A model generated the notes under the pieces. That model saw nothing but the letters and a program-made list of their open reading frames with translations, searched no databases and had not been told where the DNA came from. Below, in pieces: positions 10,559 to 21,589 of a stretch of DNA of 64,000 bases (positions are counted from its first letter, which is position 1; the number at the start of each line of letters is the position of its first letter). The position numbers and the translations under genes were made by a program. Source of the DNA: an uncultured Lentimicrobiaceae bacterium (GTDB lineage Bacteria; Bacteroidota; Bacteroidia; Bacteroidales; 4484-276); the NCBI GenBank assembly GCA_964593705.1, contig CAZQIV010000015.1, positions 11,454 through 75,453 of the forward strand. The letters are read 5' to 3'.

Positions 10559-11368
10559 ATGATTAAAAGGGAATTTTCTAATTTCTTACTTGGATTTTTG
10601 CTTTTAATTTCCGTTGGGGGTTATGCACAGGAAATGGAATTTGGAGCAATGGCCGGAGGAACTTATTATTTGGGTGAACTAAATCCCGGAAAACAGTTCT
10701 TGTTTACCAAGCCTGCTTTGGGAGGAATGATTCGTTTAAACCTTGATACGCGCTGGTCGGTACGGCTTCAGTTCTTGCACGGCACCTTAGCCGGCGATGA
10801 TGCGGTAAGTTTGGCAAACGAAATGCGCAATTTACGATTCAGATCCAGTATTAATGAAATTGCAATAATTGGAGAATTCAACTTTTTAGAATACTTCATT
10901 GGAAGCAAGATTAACTTTTTTACACCTTTTCTTTTTGCCGGACCAGGTTACTTTACTTTTAACCCCAAAGCCCCATACCATGATGAATACATTGAGTTAC
11001 GCGGATTGGGTACTGAAGGTGTTGAGGATAAATATAAACTTTATGGCTTTGCTGCAGTTTTTGGCTTTGGTTTCCGATATAGTTTAACCAACAGGATTGG
11101 CCTTGGAGTTGAGTGGGGAATGCGCAAAACTTTTACAGATTACCTGGATGATATCAGTACCGAATATTATCTTGATTTCACCAGCTTAAATGAAATAAAA
11201 AAGGAAGATTATCTCTCTGACCCTTCCTCTACTAAACATGCACCGGGCATGCAAAGAGGAAATCCACGGAATAACGATTGGTATTCTTTTGCAGGCTTAA
11301 CCATATCATACAGGTTTAGACTGGGCGAGAAAACAACATGCAGAGATTTTGAGAATTCGAATAATTAA
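10559..11368 (+). CDS. DUF6089-type outer membrane beta-barrel protein
   Basis: Signal peptide followed by 'EFGAMAGGTYYLGELNP'. Its position just upstream of uppS is typical for this family in Bacteroidota. ATG 10559 is preferred over the TTG at 10553. Confidence 0.65.
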   Translation: MIKREFSNFLLGFLLLISVGGYAQEMEFGAMAGGTYYLGELNPGKQFLFTKPALGGMIRLNLDTRWSVRLQFLHGTLAGDDAVSLANEMRNLRFRSSINEIAIIGEFNFLEYFIGSKINFFTPFLFAGPGYFTFNPKAPYHDEYIELRGLGTEGVEDKYKLYGFAAVFGFGFRYSLTNRIGLGVEWGMRKTFTDYLDDISTEYYLDFTSLNEIKKEDYLSDPSSTKHAPGMQRGNPRNNDWYSFAGLTISYRFRLGEKTTCRDFENSNN

Positions 11369-11461
11369 TCCTACTTTTGCACCCTGAAAAAGACCGGCCT
11401 TATGGAGCTAAAAGATAGGAAAACAATAATTTACATAGATATCACGGACTAAGGAAAGCCA

Positions 11462-12220
11462 ATGAGCTACAAAGATAAAATTGACAAATCGAAACTTCCT
11501 AAGCATATTGCCGTGATAATGGATGGCAATGGGCGATGGGCTAAAAAGAAAGGAATGCTCAGAATCTTTGGGCATGAAAATGGGGTGATATCAGTTCGCG
11601 AAACTGCCGAAGCTGCCGCTGAACTTGGCGTTGAGTATTTAACACTTTTTGCCTTTTCAACCGAAAACTGGAATCGCCCAAGGCTGGAGGTTGAAGCCCT
11701 GATGACCTTGTTGATCAGAACAATTAATGCAGAAGTAAAAACTTTAAATGATAATAACATCCGTTTGCTCGCTATTGGCGATTTGAATTCACTGAATAAA
11801 AGTGTTCGTTCACGCTTACAAAAAGCAATGGACGAAACCAAAAACAATACACGGATGAACCTTGTGTTAGCGCTCAGTTACAGCTCGCATCAGGAAATTG
11901 TAGAAGCCGTTAAGCAGATCGCTACAAAATATAAAAATAATAATATTACACTTGATGATATTAATGATAACCTTGTGTCAAACCATCTCTTTACGAAAGA
12001 TTTCCCTGATCCCGAATTACTGATCAGAACCAGTGGAGAGTTCAGGATAAGCAACTTTTTGCTATGGCAGCTTGCCTACTCCGAAATTTACATTACCCCA
12101 AAATTTTGGCCTGACTTTAGAAAGGAAGATTTTTATGAAGCAATCGTTAATTTCCAGTGCCGCGAAAGAAGGTTCGGAAAAACAAGTGAACAAATTCTCA
12201 AGCAAGAGGAAGTAAAATAA
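11462..12220 (+). CDS. uppS: Isoprenyl transferase (undecaprenyl-diphosphate synthase)
   Basis: Motifs 'IMDGNGRWA', 'FAFSTENWNRP' and 'LIRTSGEFRISNFLLWQLAYSE'. Confidence 0.95.
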   Translation: MSYKDKIDKSKLPKHIAVIMDGNGRWAKKKGMLRIFGHENGVISVRETAEAAAELGVEYLTLFAFSTENWNRPRLEVEALMTLLIRTINAEVKTLNDNNIRLLAIGDLNSLNKSVRSRLQKAMDETKNNTRMNLVLALSYSSHQEIVEAVKQIATKYKNNNITLDDINDNLVSNHLFTKDFPDPELLIRTSGEFRISNFLLWQLAYSEIYITPKFWPDFRKEDFYEAIVNFQCRERRFGKTSEQILKQEEVK

Positions 12221-12224
12221 GACA

Positions 12225-14891
12225 ATGAGGGAAGAAAAAACGTTTTCACACCAATTTGCTGTTTCTCTCTTTATTATAGGAATGGTTTCGGGTATTTGGC
12301 TTTTTCTGCCATTTTATTCTGTAGCACAGGTAAGTATTGGTACCGAAGAACTAAAACTTGATTATGCACAACCAAAAGACTACGAAATAGGTGGTGTTAC
12401 GGTTACCGGTGTTAAATATCTTGATAAAGGAGTGCTTATCATGATTTCCGGCCTTAAGGTCGGGACAAAAGTTAAGGTTCCGGGCGATGATTTTCGAAAA
12501 GCAATTAATAAACTTTGGGACCAGGGATTATTTGAATATGTAAATGTTTCGGCAACCCGCCTCGAAGGCGGATTAATCTTTTTAAATATCGATTTGCGCG
12601 AACGCCCCCGCCTCTCACGCTTTACCTTTAATGGGATAAAAAAAGCAGAAGCAGATAATATTCGTGATGAAATACAGCTTGTTCGTGGCGATGTAGTTAC
12701 CGATAACCTGATTAAAACAGCCAACAACCGGATTGTAAATTATTTTACTAAAAAAGGATACCTCGATGCTGAGGTCGATATTGTCCAAACGCCGGATACC
12801 GCTAAAGCCAACAATGTGGTTTTAACTTTCGATATTCACAAAAACGACAGGATAAAAATCTATAATATTGATATTGTTGGCAATAAACATATTACTGAAC
12901 AAAAAGCCCTCAAAGCTTTTAAAAACACTAAAGAGAAAGGTGCATTTAAACCATTAGATGACATTGAGCTGCTGATATGGAATTCAATAAATGCCACCCT
13001 GAAACTAAATTTTGATACCATCCCAATTGTTGCCAACGATTACGTGAACGAAAACATAAAGCTCCGGATTTTTAAATCATCAAAGTATATCGAAAGTGAT
13101 TTTGATGAGGATAAACAAAAGCTTATCGACAAGTACAATTCGCTTGGATTCAGGGATGCTAAAATCATTAGTGATTCAATTTACCGACACGATGAAAAAA
13201 CAATTAACATCGATGTAAAAATTAATGAAGGTGAACGGTATTATTTTGGAAAAATTAACTGGATTGGAAACACCAAATACTCGGATGATGTTTTAAACAG
13301 CATCCTCAAAATAAGGGAAGGCGATATTTACAATAAGGAGGCCCTGAACACCAATTTATCGTTCAATCCCGCCGGAATGGATGTGAGTTCGCTTTACCTC
13401 GATGATGGTTATCTCTTTTTCCAGGCTATTCCTATCGAAACCAGGGTTGAAAACGATACCATTGATCTGGAAATAAGAATCCGCGAAGGCAAGCAGGCCC
13501 GCATCAACAAAGTGCTGGTGAAAGGAAACACCAAAACCAACGACAGGGTAATTATCCGTGAGATCAGGTCGAGGCCCGGGCAGTTGTTTAGCCGTTCAGA
13601 TATAATTCGTACTACCCGCGAACTTGCCCAACTTCGCTTTTTCAATCCCGAAACCATCGAACCGGATATTCAGCCCAATCCGGTTGACGGTACCGTTGAC
13701 ATCATTTATAAGGTCGAAGAAACCTCCGCCGACCAGATCGAGCTTTCGGGGGGTTGGGGCTATGGCAGAATTATTGGAACCTTAGGGCTTTCGTTCAATA
13801 ACTTCTCTTTGCGCAATGTTTTTAATGGCAAGGCCTGGCGGCCGATTCCCTCGGGGGACGGACAAAAACTTTCACTCCGCCTTCAATCTTATGGAAAAGG
13901 CTACATAAGCTATAGTGTTTCATTTACCGAGCCCTGGCTGGGTGGAAAAAAACCCAACGCTTTCAGTGTTTCATATTATCACTCGCTTTATTCCAACGGC
14001 CTTTCAAAAAGCAATCCGCTTCGGTCTTCATTCACCATCGACGGAATTACCTTTGGCCTGGGCAAACGCTTAAGATGGCCCGACGATTATTTCAGCCTCT
14101 ACCAATCCATCAACCTCCAGGTTTATAATTTAACCAACTATTCATCCATTTTCCCGGTAGGCGATGGAAACGGCCAATACAACAACTTCAACTATAATAT
14201 TGTACTCTCCAGAAACTCCATTGATGCACCTATTTTCCCAAGGTCAGGGTCGGAGGTTTCCTTAAGCCTGGAACTCACGCCTCCCTATTCTGCATTTTCC
14301 GATAAAAACTACGACATTTTATCTGAAAACGAAAAATACAAGTGGATTGAATATCATAAATGGAAAATCAAGGCGAATTTCTATACAAAATTGATTGGTA
14401 ACCTTGTTTTGAGTACCAGAACACAATTCGGGTTTTTGGGATCCTATAGTACGCAGCTTGGTGTAACACCTTTCGAACGTTTTTACCTTGGTGGTGATGG
14501 CTTGTCAGGCTACAATAACCTGGATGGGCGAGAGCTTATCGGGATGCGCGGATATGGAAACGAAACCATTACCCCCGACTATTATTTGAATTCTAACCTT
14601 GGTGGAACCATTTACAGTAAATATACATTTGAGTTTCGTTACCCGCTTTCTCTCAACCCAAGTGCAACAATTTATGCACTTACTTTCCTGGAGGCAGGTA
14701 ATTCATGGGCGAATTTTGCAGACTTTAACCCATTTAAAGTCTATCGCTCAGCAGGTTTTGGTATCAGGGTATTCCTGCCAATGTTTGGTGTTTTGGGATT
14801 AGACTGGGGTTATGGATTTGATGCCGTTCCCGGAATACCCGGAGCAAACAAAGGCCAGTTCCACTTCTCAATTAACCAGTCTATCGATTAA
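12225..14891 (+). CDS. bamA: Outer membrane protein assembly factor BamA
   Basis: 888 aa with repeated POTRA segments and a C-terminal surface-antigen barrel ('FYLGGDGLSGYN', 'RSAGFGIRVFLPMFGVLGLDWGYGF'). Synteny is uppS-bamA-skp. Confidence 0.93.
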   Translation: MREEKTFSHQFAVSLFIIGMVSGIWLFLPFYSVAQVSIGTEELKLDYAQPKDYEIGGVTVTGVKYLDKGVLIMISGLKVGTKVKVPGDDFRKAINKLWDQGLFEYVNVSATRLEGGLIFLNIDLRERPRLSRFTFNGIKKAEADNIRDEIQLVRGDVVTDNLIKTANNRIVNYFTKKGYLDAEVDIVQTPDTAKANNVVLTFDIHKNDRIKIYNIDIVGNKHITEQKALKAFKNTKEKGAFKPLDDIELLIWNSINATLKLNFDTIPIVANDYVNENIKLRIFKSSKYIESDFDEDKQKLIDKYNSLGFRDAKIISDSIYRHDEKTINIDVKINEGERYYFGKINWIGNTKYSDDVLNSILKIREGDIYNKEALNTNLSFNPAGMDVSSLYLDDGYLFFQAIPIETRVENDTIDLEIRIREGKQARINKVLVKGNTKTNDRVIIREIRSRPGQLFSRSDIIRTTRELAQLRFFNPETIEPDIQPNPVDGTVDIIYKVEETSADQIELSGGWGYGRIIGTLGLSFNNFSLRNVFNGKAWRPIPSGDGQKLSLRLQSYGKGYISYSVSFTEPWLGGKKPNAFSVSYYHSLYSNGLSKSNPLRSSFTIDGITFGLGKRLRWPDDYFSLYQSINLQVYNLTNYSSIFPVGDGNGQYNNFNYNIVLSRNSIDAPIFPRSGSEVSLSLELTPPYSAFSDKNYDILSENEKYKWIEYHKWKIKANFYTKLIGNLVLSTRTQFGFLGSYSTQLGVTPFERFYLGGDGLSGYNNLDGRELIGMRGYGNETITPDYYLNSNLGGTIYSKYTFEFRYPLSLNPSATIYALTFLEAGNSWANFADFNPFKVYRSAGFGIRVFLPMFGVLGLDWGYGFDAVPGIPGANKGQFHFSINQSID

Positions 14892-14987
14892 CCATTGTTT
14901 AAATCATACACATTTTAATTTTGGAATGTTATTTGTAAACACGCATTAAATTTTTTATTTGAAACAAATAATACGGAGGACCAGTCA

Positions 14988-15542
14988 ATGAAAAAACATG
15001 CAATATCTACCGGCACTACAATTTTGTTTGGGTTGATCTTTGTTTTTGCTGCATTCAACACCACCAGCGCTCAAAAAGTTGGATATGTTGATACAGAGTA
15101 TATCCTGCAAAACATTCCTGAATACCAGGATGCCCAAAATGAAATTGAGGATTTTTCGAAACAATGGCAGGAAGAAATTGAAGAAAAATATGCCGAGGTT
15201 GATAAGATGTACAAGGCTTACCAGGCCGATGCAGTTTTACTGCCCGAAGATTTAAGGCAGCGGCGCGAACAGGAAATTATCGACTTTGAACGCGAAATAA
15301 AAGAGCTCCAGAAAAAACGTTTTGGAAGCGAAGGAGAATTGTTCAAAAAAAGGCAGGAGCTGGTAAAACCCATCCAGGAAAAAATATTTAATGCTATTGA
15401 AGAAATTGCTACCAAAAAAAATTACGGATTTATTTTTGATAAAGCCGGAGGCCCCGTAATCATGTATGTTGATGCAAAATATGATATCAGCGATGAGGTG
15501 CTCGACCAAATTGGCAGCATCATGGGCGTGAGGGGAAATTAA
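14988..15542 (+). CDS. skp: OmpH/Skp periplasmic chaperone
   Basis: 184 aa with a signal peptide and a lysine/glutamate-rich coiled-coil. It sits directly after bamA. Confidence 0.85.
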   Translation: MKKHAISTGTTILFGLIFVFAAFNTTSAQKVGYVDTEYILQNIPEYQDAQNEIEDFSKQWQEEIEEKYAEVDKMYKAYQADAVLLPEDLRQRREQEIIDFEREIKELQKKRFGSEGELFKKRQELVKPIQEKIFNAIEEIATKKNYGFIFDKAGGPVIMYVDAKYDISDEVLDQIGSIMGVRGN

Positions 15543-15659
15543 TGTTTCAACTTAAATGAGGTATAAATAAGGCACTTATCAAAAATATTTACGCTGTTTA
15601 CCTGAAATAGTATATTTTTGTCAACTTAAAAATTAATGAATAAATTTAAAATATTGACA

Positions 15660-16175
15660 ATGAAAAGAATAAGTAAAGTTTTAGTAATAGTAGTTTTTAT
15701 GTCGCTGGCTTTTACAGCCACTGCACAAAAGGTTCAAAAAATTGGGCATATCGACTTTCCTGTTTTAATTCAAAGTATGCCGGGTCAGGATTCGATAAAT
15801 AAGGCTTACGAGACTTACGCAAAAGGCCTCGAAAACCAAATGACAACGATGCAGGCTGAATTGGAAAACAAACAAGCAGAATATGAAGCTAACCAGGCTA
15901 CAATGTCGGCTCCTATAAAGAGTACCAAGGAAAGAGAATTACAGGATTTGTACAACAGGCTGATGGAGTTTCAACAAAAAGCGCAAGGTGATCTGGGAAA
16001 TTATGAAAATGAATTACTCAATCCACTCATCGAAAAAGCCAGGAAAGCTGTTAACGAAGTTGCAAAAGAAAAAGGATTTACCTACATTTTAAATACTGCC
16101 CAGGGCATGGTTCTCTTCTCCGAGAATGGTGAAAACATTATGCCTTTTGTAAAAGTAAAACTTGGAATGCAATAA
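15660..16175 (+). CDS. skp: OmpH/Skp periplasmic chaperone (second paralog)
   Basis: The signal peptide starts at 'MKRISKVLVIVVFMSLAFTATAQ' (ATG 15660 within track ORF 15636..16175). The body is a coiled-coil. Confidence 0.85.
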   Translation: MKRISKVLVIVVFMSLAFTATAQKVQKIGHIDFPVLIQSMPGQDSINKAYETYAKGLENQMTTMQAELENKQAEYEANQATMSAPIKSTKERELQDLYNRLMEFQQKAQGDLGNYENELLNPLIEKARKAVNEVAKEKGFTYILNTAQGMVLFSENGENIMPFVKVKLGMQ

Positions 16176-16204
16176 GACAGGTTCCCACACACGAAATACA
16201 AAAA

Positions 16205-16235
16205 GCACCCTTCGCTATGGAGGGTGCTTTTTTTT
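16205..16235 (+). terminator. Rho-independent terminator after skp
   Basis: Stem gcaccct-(9 nt)-agggtgc followed by T8, starting 30 nt after the stop codon. Confidence 0.75.
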
Positions 16236-16275
16236 GTTTTTCTTTGTTTATGATTTTTGTTACACTAAAAATAAA

Positions 16276-16848
16276 ATGATGAAATATTATCTATTATTAT
16301 TGAGCCTTTTTATCATGGTTTTGCCATTATCCGGACAGGAATTTGTCAATGACAAAAATGCAACGATTTTATCGCTGAGTGGAGATTTCTCAAGTTTTGG
16401 TGGCGAGACTTTTACTACAAACAAAAATCCCTTTCTCTTTTCTTTTGATGTTGCTGCAAATTACTTTTTACAGCCTTGTTTTTTTATTGGTGGTGGAATT
16501 GATTTTTCACTTTCGTCTGACGAAGATAAAAATGAAGTAAATTCCATAGGGGTTGGGCCTGTATTTGGCTATATGTTTGGTGATGCTGAAAGTATTGTAT
16601 TTCCATATTTAAGCGTGGGTTTAAATCTGTACAACCGGAATATAAATTTTAGAAATAGTGATGAAATAGATTTGGTGGGTGTGGATCTTGTGTTGGGGGC
16701 AGGAGTTGTTTTCGAATTAGAAAATCACCTTGGCGTTTTAATCAAGGGCAGTTATCACCTGCTAAGTTTAAAGGAATGGGATACAAAGGAACATTTCAAC
16801 GGCAACTATATCTCCCTAAGTATAGGGCTTACAGGCTTTTTTTACTAA
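16276..16848 (+). CDS. Hypothetical outer-membrane beta-barrel-like protein
   Basis: Signal peptide 'MMKYYLLLLSLFIMVLPLSGQ' (ATG 16276), a G/F/S-rich alternating sequence, and a C-terminal 'GLTGFFY'. The track ORF start at 16162 overlaps skp and the terminator, so it is rejected. Confidence 0.5.
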   Translation: MMKYYLLLLSLFIMVLPLSGQEFVNDKNATILSLSGDFSSFGGETFTTNKNPFLFSFDVAANYFLQPCFFIGGGIDFSLSSDEDKNEVNSIGVGPVFGYMFGDAESIVFPYLSVGLNLYNRNINFRNSDEIDLVGVDLVLGAGVVFELENHLGVLIKGSYHLLSLKEWDTKEHFNGNYISLSIGLTGFFY

Positions 16849-16943
16849 TATTTGCAAAATAATCTGTGTTTATCTTTACCCATCTGTGGTGGGTAAAAAC
16901 TAAAAAATATCTGATGTTTCGCTTATGCAATGCATGGCGTTTT

Positions 16944-17681
16944 TTATCCCGCATGGCGCTGCGCAAAGCAGCGTACCATTTCCAGGGTTTTGGTTTTTGC
17001 TTCCATAAATCCCATGTGGCCTACCTTACCCAAAATCAAAACTTCGCTATGTTGCGGCAAAATTGCCTGAGCCATTATATTTTGAACCGGTATTCTGGGA
17101 TCTTCTTTTCCGGCAATAAACAAAACCGGCACCACTGTATTTAAAAGCATTTCTATTTTCCCACTCCTGCCGCGCATGGCTTCAAGGGCTGCAATAATCC
17201 CTTTTGCAGGAGTTTCCGAGGCAATTTCCTGGAGCTTTGTAATTTCCGCATCAAATTTTTCCACATTATCTTCAGCAAATAAATCCGGGATAAATTGATT
17301 GATAAAACCTGCCTTATTAAGCTTTACAATATTAATGGAACGCCTCCTGTTTTCTTTGGATTCTTCAGTATCAGCCGATGCGTGGGAATGGAATAAGCCA
17401 AAAGCAGATAACATTTCAGGGTATTGCAATGCAAATTCAAGGCTTACATAGCCTCCCATCGAATGGCCTATCATAATACAGCGCTCCACCTGTAAATGAT
17501 CCAAAACGGCTTTCACCCAGCGAGCCATAATTTCCATAGTTAAGCTATCTTTATACACCGGCGATTTTCCATGCCCCGGAAGGTCGATGCAGATCACCCG
17601 AAAATCATTTGAAAGTCCTGCAACAAATCCATCCCACATTTCCAGCGATTCCAGGAATCCATGCAAGAATACAATGGGCAT
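16944..17681 (-). pseudogene. Alpha/beta hydrolase, 5'-truncated paralog of 21590..22390
   Basis: 245 aa, near-identical to residues 30-275 of track ORF 21590..22417. It lacks the N-terminal ~30 residues. Homology stops abruptly at ~17688, where a terminator-derived 19-mer begins. Confidence 0.7.
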
Positions 17682-17757
17682 TCCTTCACCATGGAGGGTG
17701 CTTTTTTTTTATTAAATAAATCCCTACCTTTATCCCCTAATTTAAGCACTCAAAACC

Positions 17758-19178
17758 ATGAAACACCTTTTACTTTTTATACTTCCCTTAATCTTTGCCT
17801 TCCCTGCTACCGCCCAGGAGTGGAGTACGCCGGTGAATGTGTCGAATATGAACGATATGATATTGTCTTCTGACTTTACAATCGACAATTCGGGTGTGAT
17901 CCATTGTGTATGGAGTTTGAAATATGAGGCGAATTACGGAGTAATATACTTCGCCAAGTCTGAAGATGACGGAGTGACCTGGACAGAACCGGTAAGCATT
18001 TCACAAAATCAGGATTTGTATTGCACCTCTCCTCAAAAGCACATGATTCACAAAACAATCTTTTTGCGGTTTACGATCTTTATGATTTTTCACCTGTTAC
18101 CTGGGGGGTTTATGCCACCATAGTAATCAACGAGGGAAGCAGTTGGCAGAACCCAAATTCGTTAGCAGAAGGATTGGGAACAAAAGTTGTCGTTGGTAAC
18201 AACGACCGGGTATATGTTTTTTGGTACCAGGGCGCACCGCACAATGGTGAGTTTTGCTATCAATACCTTGAGAATGGTAAATGGAGTGAGATATTTATTC
18301 CTTTTGATGACCCAAATACCCTTACTGGATTATGGGAAATTGAAGCTGATTCTGGTAACAACCTCCATTGTGGAGGGTATTATGATCCTACAGGTTATGC
18401 AAGTATGCATCCAGCATATTACAGGTTCGATTACACCACACAGACATGGGATAGTATTACGATACTTTCGAATGGTACTTCTACAAGCGATATTGATATT
18501 GCCATGGACAATGTCGGATTGCCACATATTTGCTGGAGTGAGTCGGATACCTATTATTCAACTTTTGATGGACAAAATTGGACGGTGGCCGATACAGCAG
18601 GACACCGCGATTCTCAGCGTGTTGAAATTGTAGTGGATGATGTGGGTAAAATTCATATTGCAACAACCGAAACCTATAGTGGTTTTGCCAATCTGTTGTA
18701 TTATCACAGGCCTGATGGTGTTAATTGGGAAAACATGATTGTAGATCAATGCACCAATGTTATTTTTACTCCAGAATTTGAAATATTTGAGAATCAACTT
18801 TATGCTCTATATGACAAAAGTGATGTCGTTCCAAGAGGTGATATCTATATATCTAAACTTGATATCCTGTCTGACATCTTTGAACACAATTGTACTGTAA
18901 GAGATATGAAAAAGTTAAAAGCTTTTCCAAATCCATTCAAACAACACACCAATATTTTTTATAGTATAGATCAACCTGGTTTTGTTAAAATTTGTATAAT
19001 TGGATTGAATGGGAAGCTGATAAATACGCTGTTTGTCGAAAATCAAATACCTGGAAACCATATCGTTCAATGGGATGGTAAAGATTCTCAAATTCAAATG
19101 GTTTCACCTGGTATTTACTTTTGTGTTATCAATACTCCTAATCATCAATTAATTGATAAAATTATTTATGTCCAATAA
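17758..19178 (+). pseudogene. BNR/Asp-box repeat protein with T9SS C-terminal domain, frameshifted
   Basis: ORFs 17758..18123 (signal peptide, 'SEDDGVTW' Asp-box) and 18021..19178 (C-terminal 'AFPNPF...GIYFCVI' sorting domain) are consecutive parts in different frames. The switch is near the A-run at ~18035-18045. Confidence 0.7.
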
Positions 19179-19193
19179 TAAAATTATAACATT

Positions 19194-21560
19194 ATGAAAA
19201 CAAAAACATTTACATTTTTTATTGCTTAATTCTCATTACACAATTGTGTTTTCCACAGGAAAAATATGCCATTATTCTTAATGCTTACGCTCCAGATACT
19301 TTTTACAGCGAAAATAGTTGGGCTGATGCAAACCCAAGCTCCGAATTGTATTATGAGTTCTGGAATGATATTTACCTGATGTGGGAAATGTTGTATGAAC
19401 GCGGGTTTGAAAATGAGAATATCTTTGTGCTCTATGCCGGCGGTGAAGATTATCCAGTTGCTAACCCTTGGTACAATCAAAGATATAAGGCAGCTTATCA
19501 TTATTTGGACTCTATTACTGATTACCGTGCATTTGGGACTACGGTTGATTCTGTATTTGCTGGCCTGGCACAAGGAAGTTTGGGATTTCCTCAAATACAG
19601 GAAGATGACTTTTTTGTTTTATATGTATTTGGACATGGGGTACCAACAGGAATAAAATTGGAACCCTTTGAGCCTGAACCAGGCCCTTTTATTGATTGAT
19701 CCGAGTTGTCAGATTATCTCTCTGCAATAAACTGCCATAAAAAGAATTGGCCCGGCTGGTACTTCAACATTCTATCAAACTGGTCTTACAAATTTTCCTC
19801 TCAGCAGTGCTGATTCAAATGCTGATAATTACACATCCTTAGCGGAAGCATTTTCCTGGATTCGGTCTTTTGATAGCAACATGAGATATGATAGTTCAAA
19901 TAGGTGGGATGATCCTCAAAAGAGCGATATCAGCAACATTATGCACCAAACCTCATTTGAATACCCAACACTTTTACATTCCAACATTGGCAGTGATGGC
20001 TTGCAGCAAACCCACCGCGGCATTATCGGTATTTCTAAAACCATCCATGTTTTGTCGGGCTGTCAGCTTACACTAAAAACAAATGCCAACATCCAACTGC
20101 TCAACCAAGCCAAACTAATTGTAGATGCCGGGGCTACCCTGATTATCGAAGCCAACGACACCATTATTGCCACCAACCCACAAAACCAGATTATAGTAAA
20201 TGGAAATATTTCCATCGGCGAAGGCGTAGTGTTTACTTCACAAAACAACCTGCAATGGCTGGGCCTGGCACTTAACAATCCGGTCCTTTCACTTTCGCTC
20301 CAAAATGTGGATTTCGGGCATTGCATTGTAACCGGATGTCCAGCCTCATTCACCCTCGATAATTGCGATTTTTCAAACGGCGGTATCGATGTGATTCGTG
20401 GAAATATTTACATCAGCGGGGGCATGTTCGCCGGCAGCTTTGCCCGGGTAAGTTATGCCCTTTCCGGAAATAGCTTTGTAAACATCGAAGATTGCCAATT
20501 TGCAAATACCGGTAATAACAACGCTGCCATTATTATCGAATCCTATCCCGCTTACAGCATTTCGGGATGCACCATTTCGGGGTGTATAGGCAATGGTATT
20601 TCAATTTCAAATTCAGGAAGCTCGGCCAACGAAAATCATTTGATTACTGATAACATCATTACCGGGAACGGAACATCAAGTATTACTGCAGCCGGGCTGT
20701 ACATTTATCATAGCTATGCCGATGTAACGGATAACGTGGTGTTCTCTCAAAATCCTTACGGCATTCAATGCCTTAACAACAGCGAAATATCCATCACGGG
20801 GAACCGGCTGGCCGAATACGATTACCAAACCCAGCAAATCCGCGACAACGCCGTGAACCAGGTTTATGCCACACGCGGCAGCTTCCCGCGCGAGGTAAAA
20901 TGGAACGCCATCGTGGACGAAGACAACGATTACGCCACGCTAAAAAGCTACTACCTTACCATTGACGAAAACGAAATCCTTGAAAAACTGGCCGGACAGC
21001 TTGCTACATTTTGCGATGTAGCCCTCGAAAACTGGCAGCCTGCTATAGAAAGCTTTGAAGGATTTATTGAATATCCATCGTCCTACGAGGATTCGTTGTT
21101 TGCTATAATCGACCTTGCCCACACATACATACTCATGGAACAAAGTGCTTATAAATCTGTATTTACAGGTAAGCTAAGCCAATACCGGTATAATTCGACC
21201 GTAGAATTTGATCAGAGCAAAGATTATCACATCAGCCTGCTTTTTGGCGAATCGGATACTTCGCTTAATCCCTCGCCTCAAGATCAATCTGAACCAGCCG
21301 GGCGAATTATTGGAAATCAGCCCAACCCATTTTCGGGAACTACGCAAATATCCTTTGCCCTACATGAAGATGCAGATATCAATATCTATCTCATCAACGA
21401 ATTGGGACAAAAGGTTGAGATAGTTCAACAATCCAATGTTTCGAAAGGATTACACAGGATTTATTTTTCTTCCCACGAATATAAAAATGGAATGTATGTT
21501 TGTGTGCTTGAGATGAACAAGCAAATTATAGCCAGTCACAAGGTAATGATCCTGAATTAA
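19194..21560 (+). pseudogene. Caspase-fold (C13/C25-like) peptidase plus parallel beta-helix plus T9SS CTD, multiply disrupted
   Basis: The ATG 19194 signal-peptide stub (MKTKTFTFFIA*) is out of frame with 19244..19699 ('FVLYVFGHG' His-Gly dyad). Between 19700 and 19880 the frame changes again, and the expected catalytic-Cys segment is not visible. 19881..21560 carries beta-helix repeats and the CTD 'NQPNPFSGTTQISF...'. Confidence 0.65.
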
Positions 21561-21589
21561 AAAGCATTTAAATTATGAACTAACGCTAA

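Noticed and set aside
16217-17709. The 19-bp direct repeats as a transposon target-site duplication.
   Set aside because: The enclosed segment has no transposase and no terminal inverted repeats, and 19 bp is atypically long for a target-site duplication. It is better described as a recombination junction (see finding).
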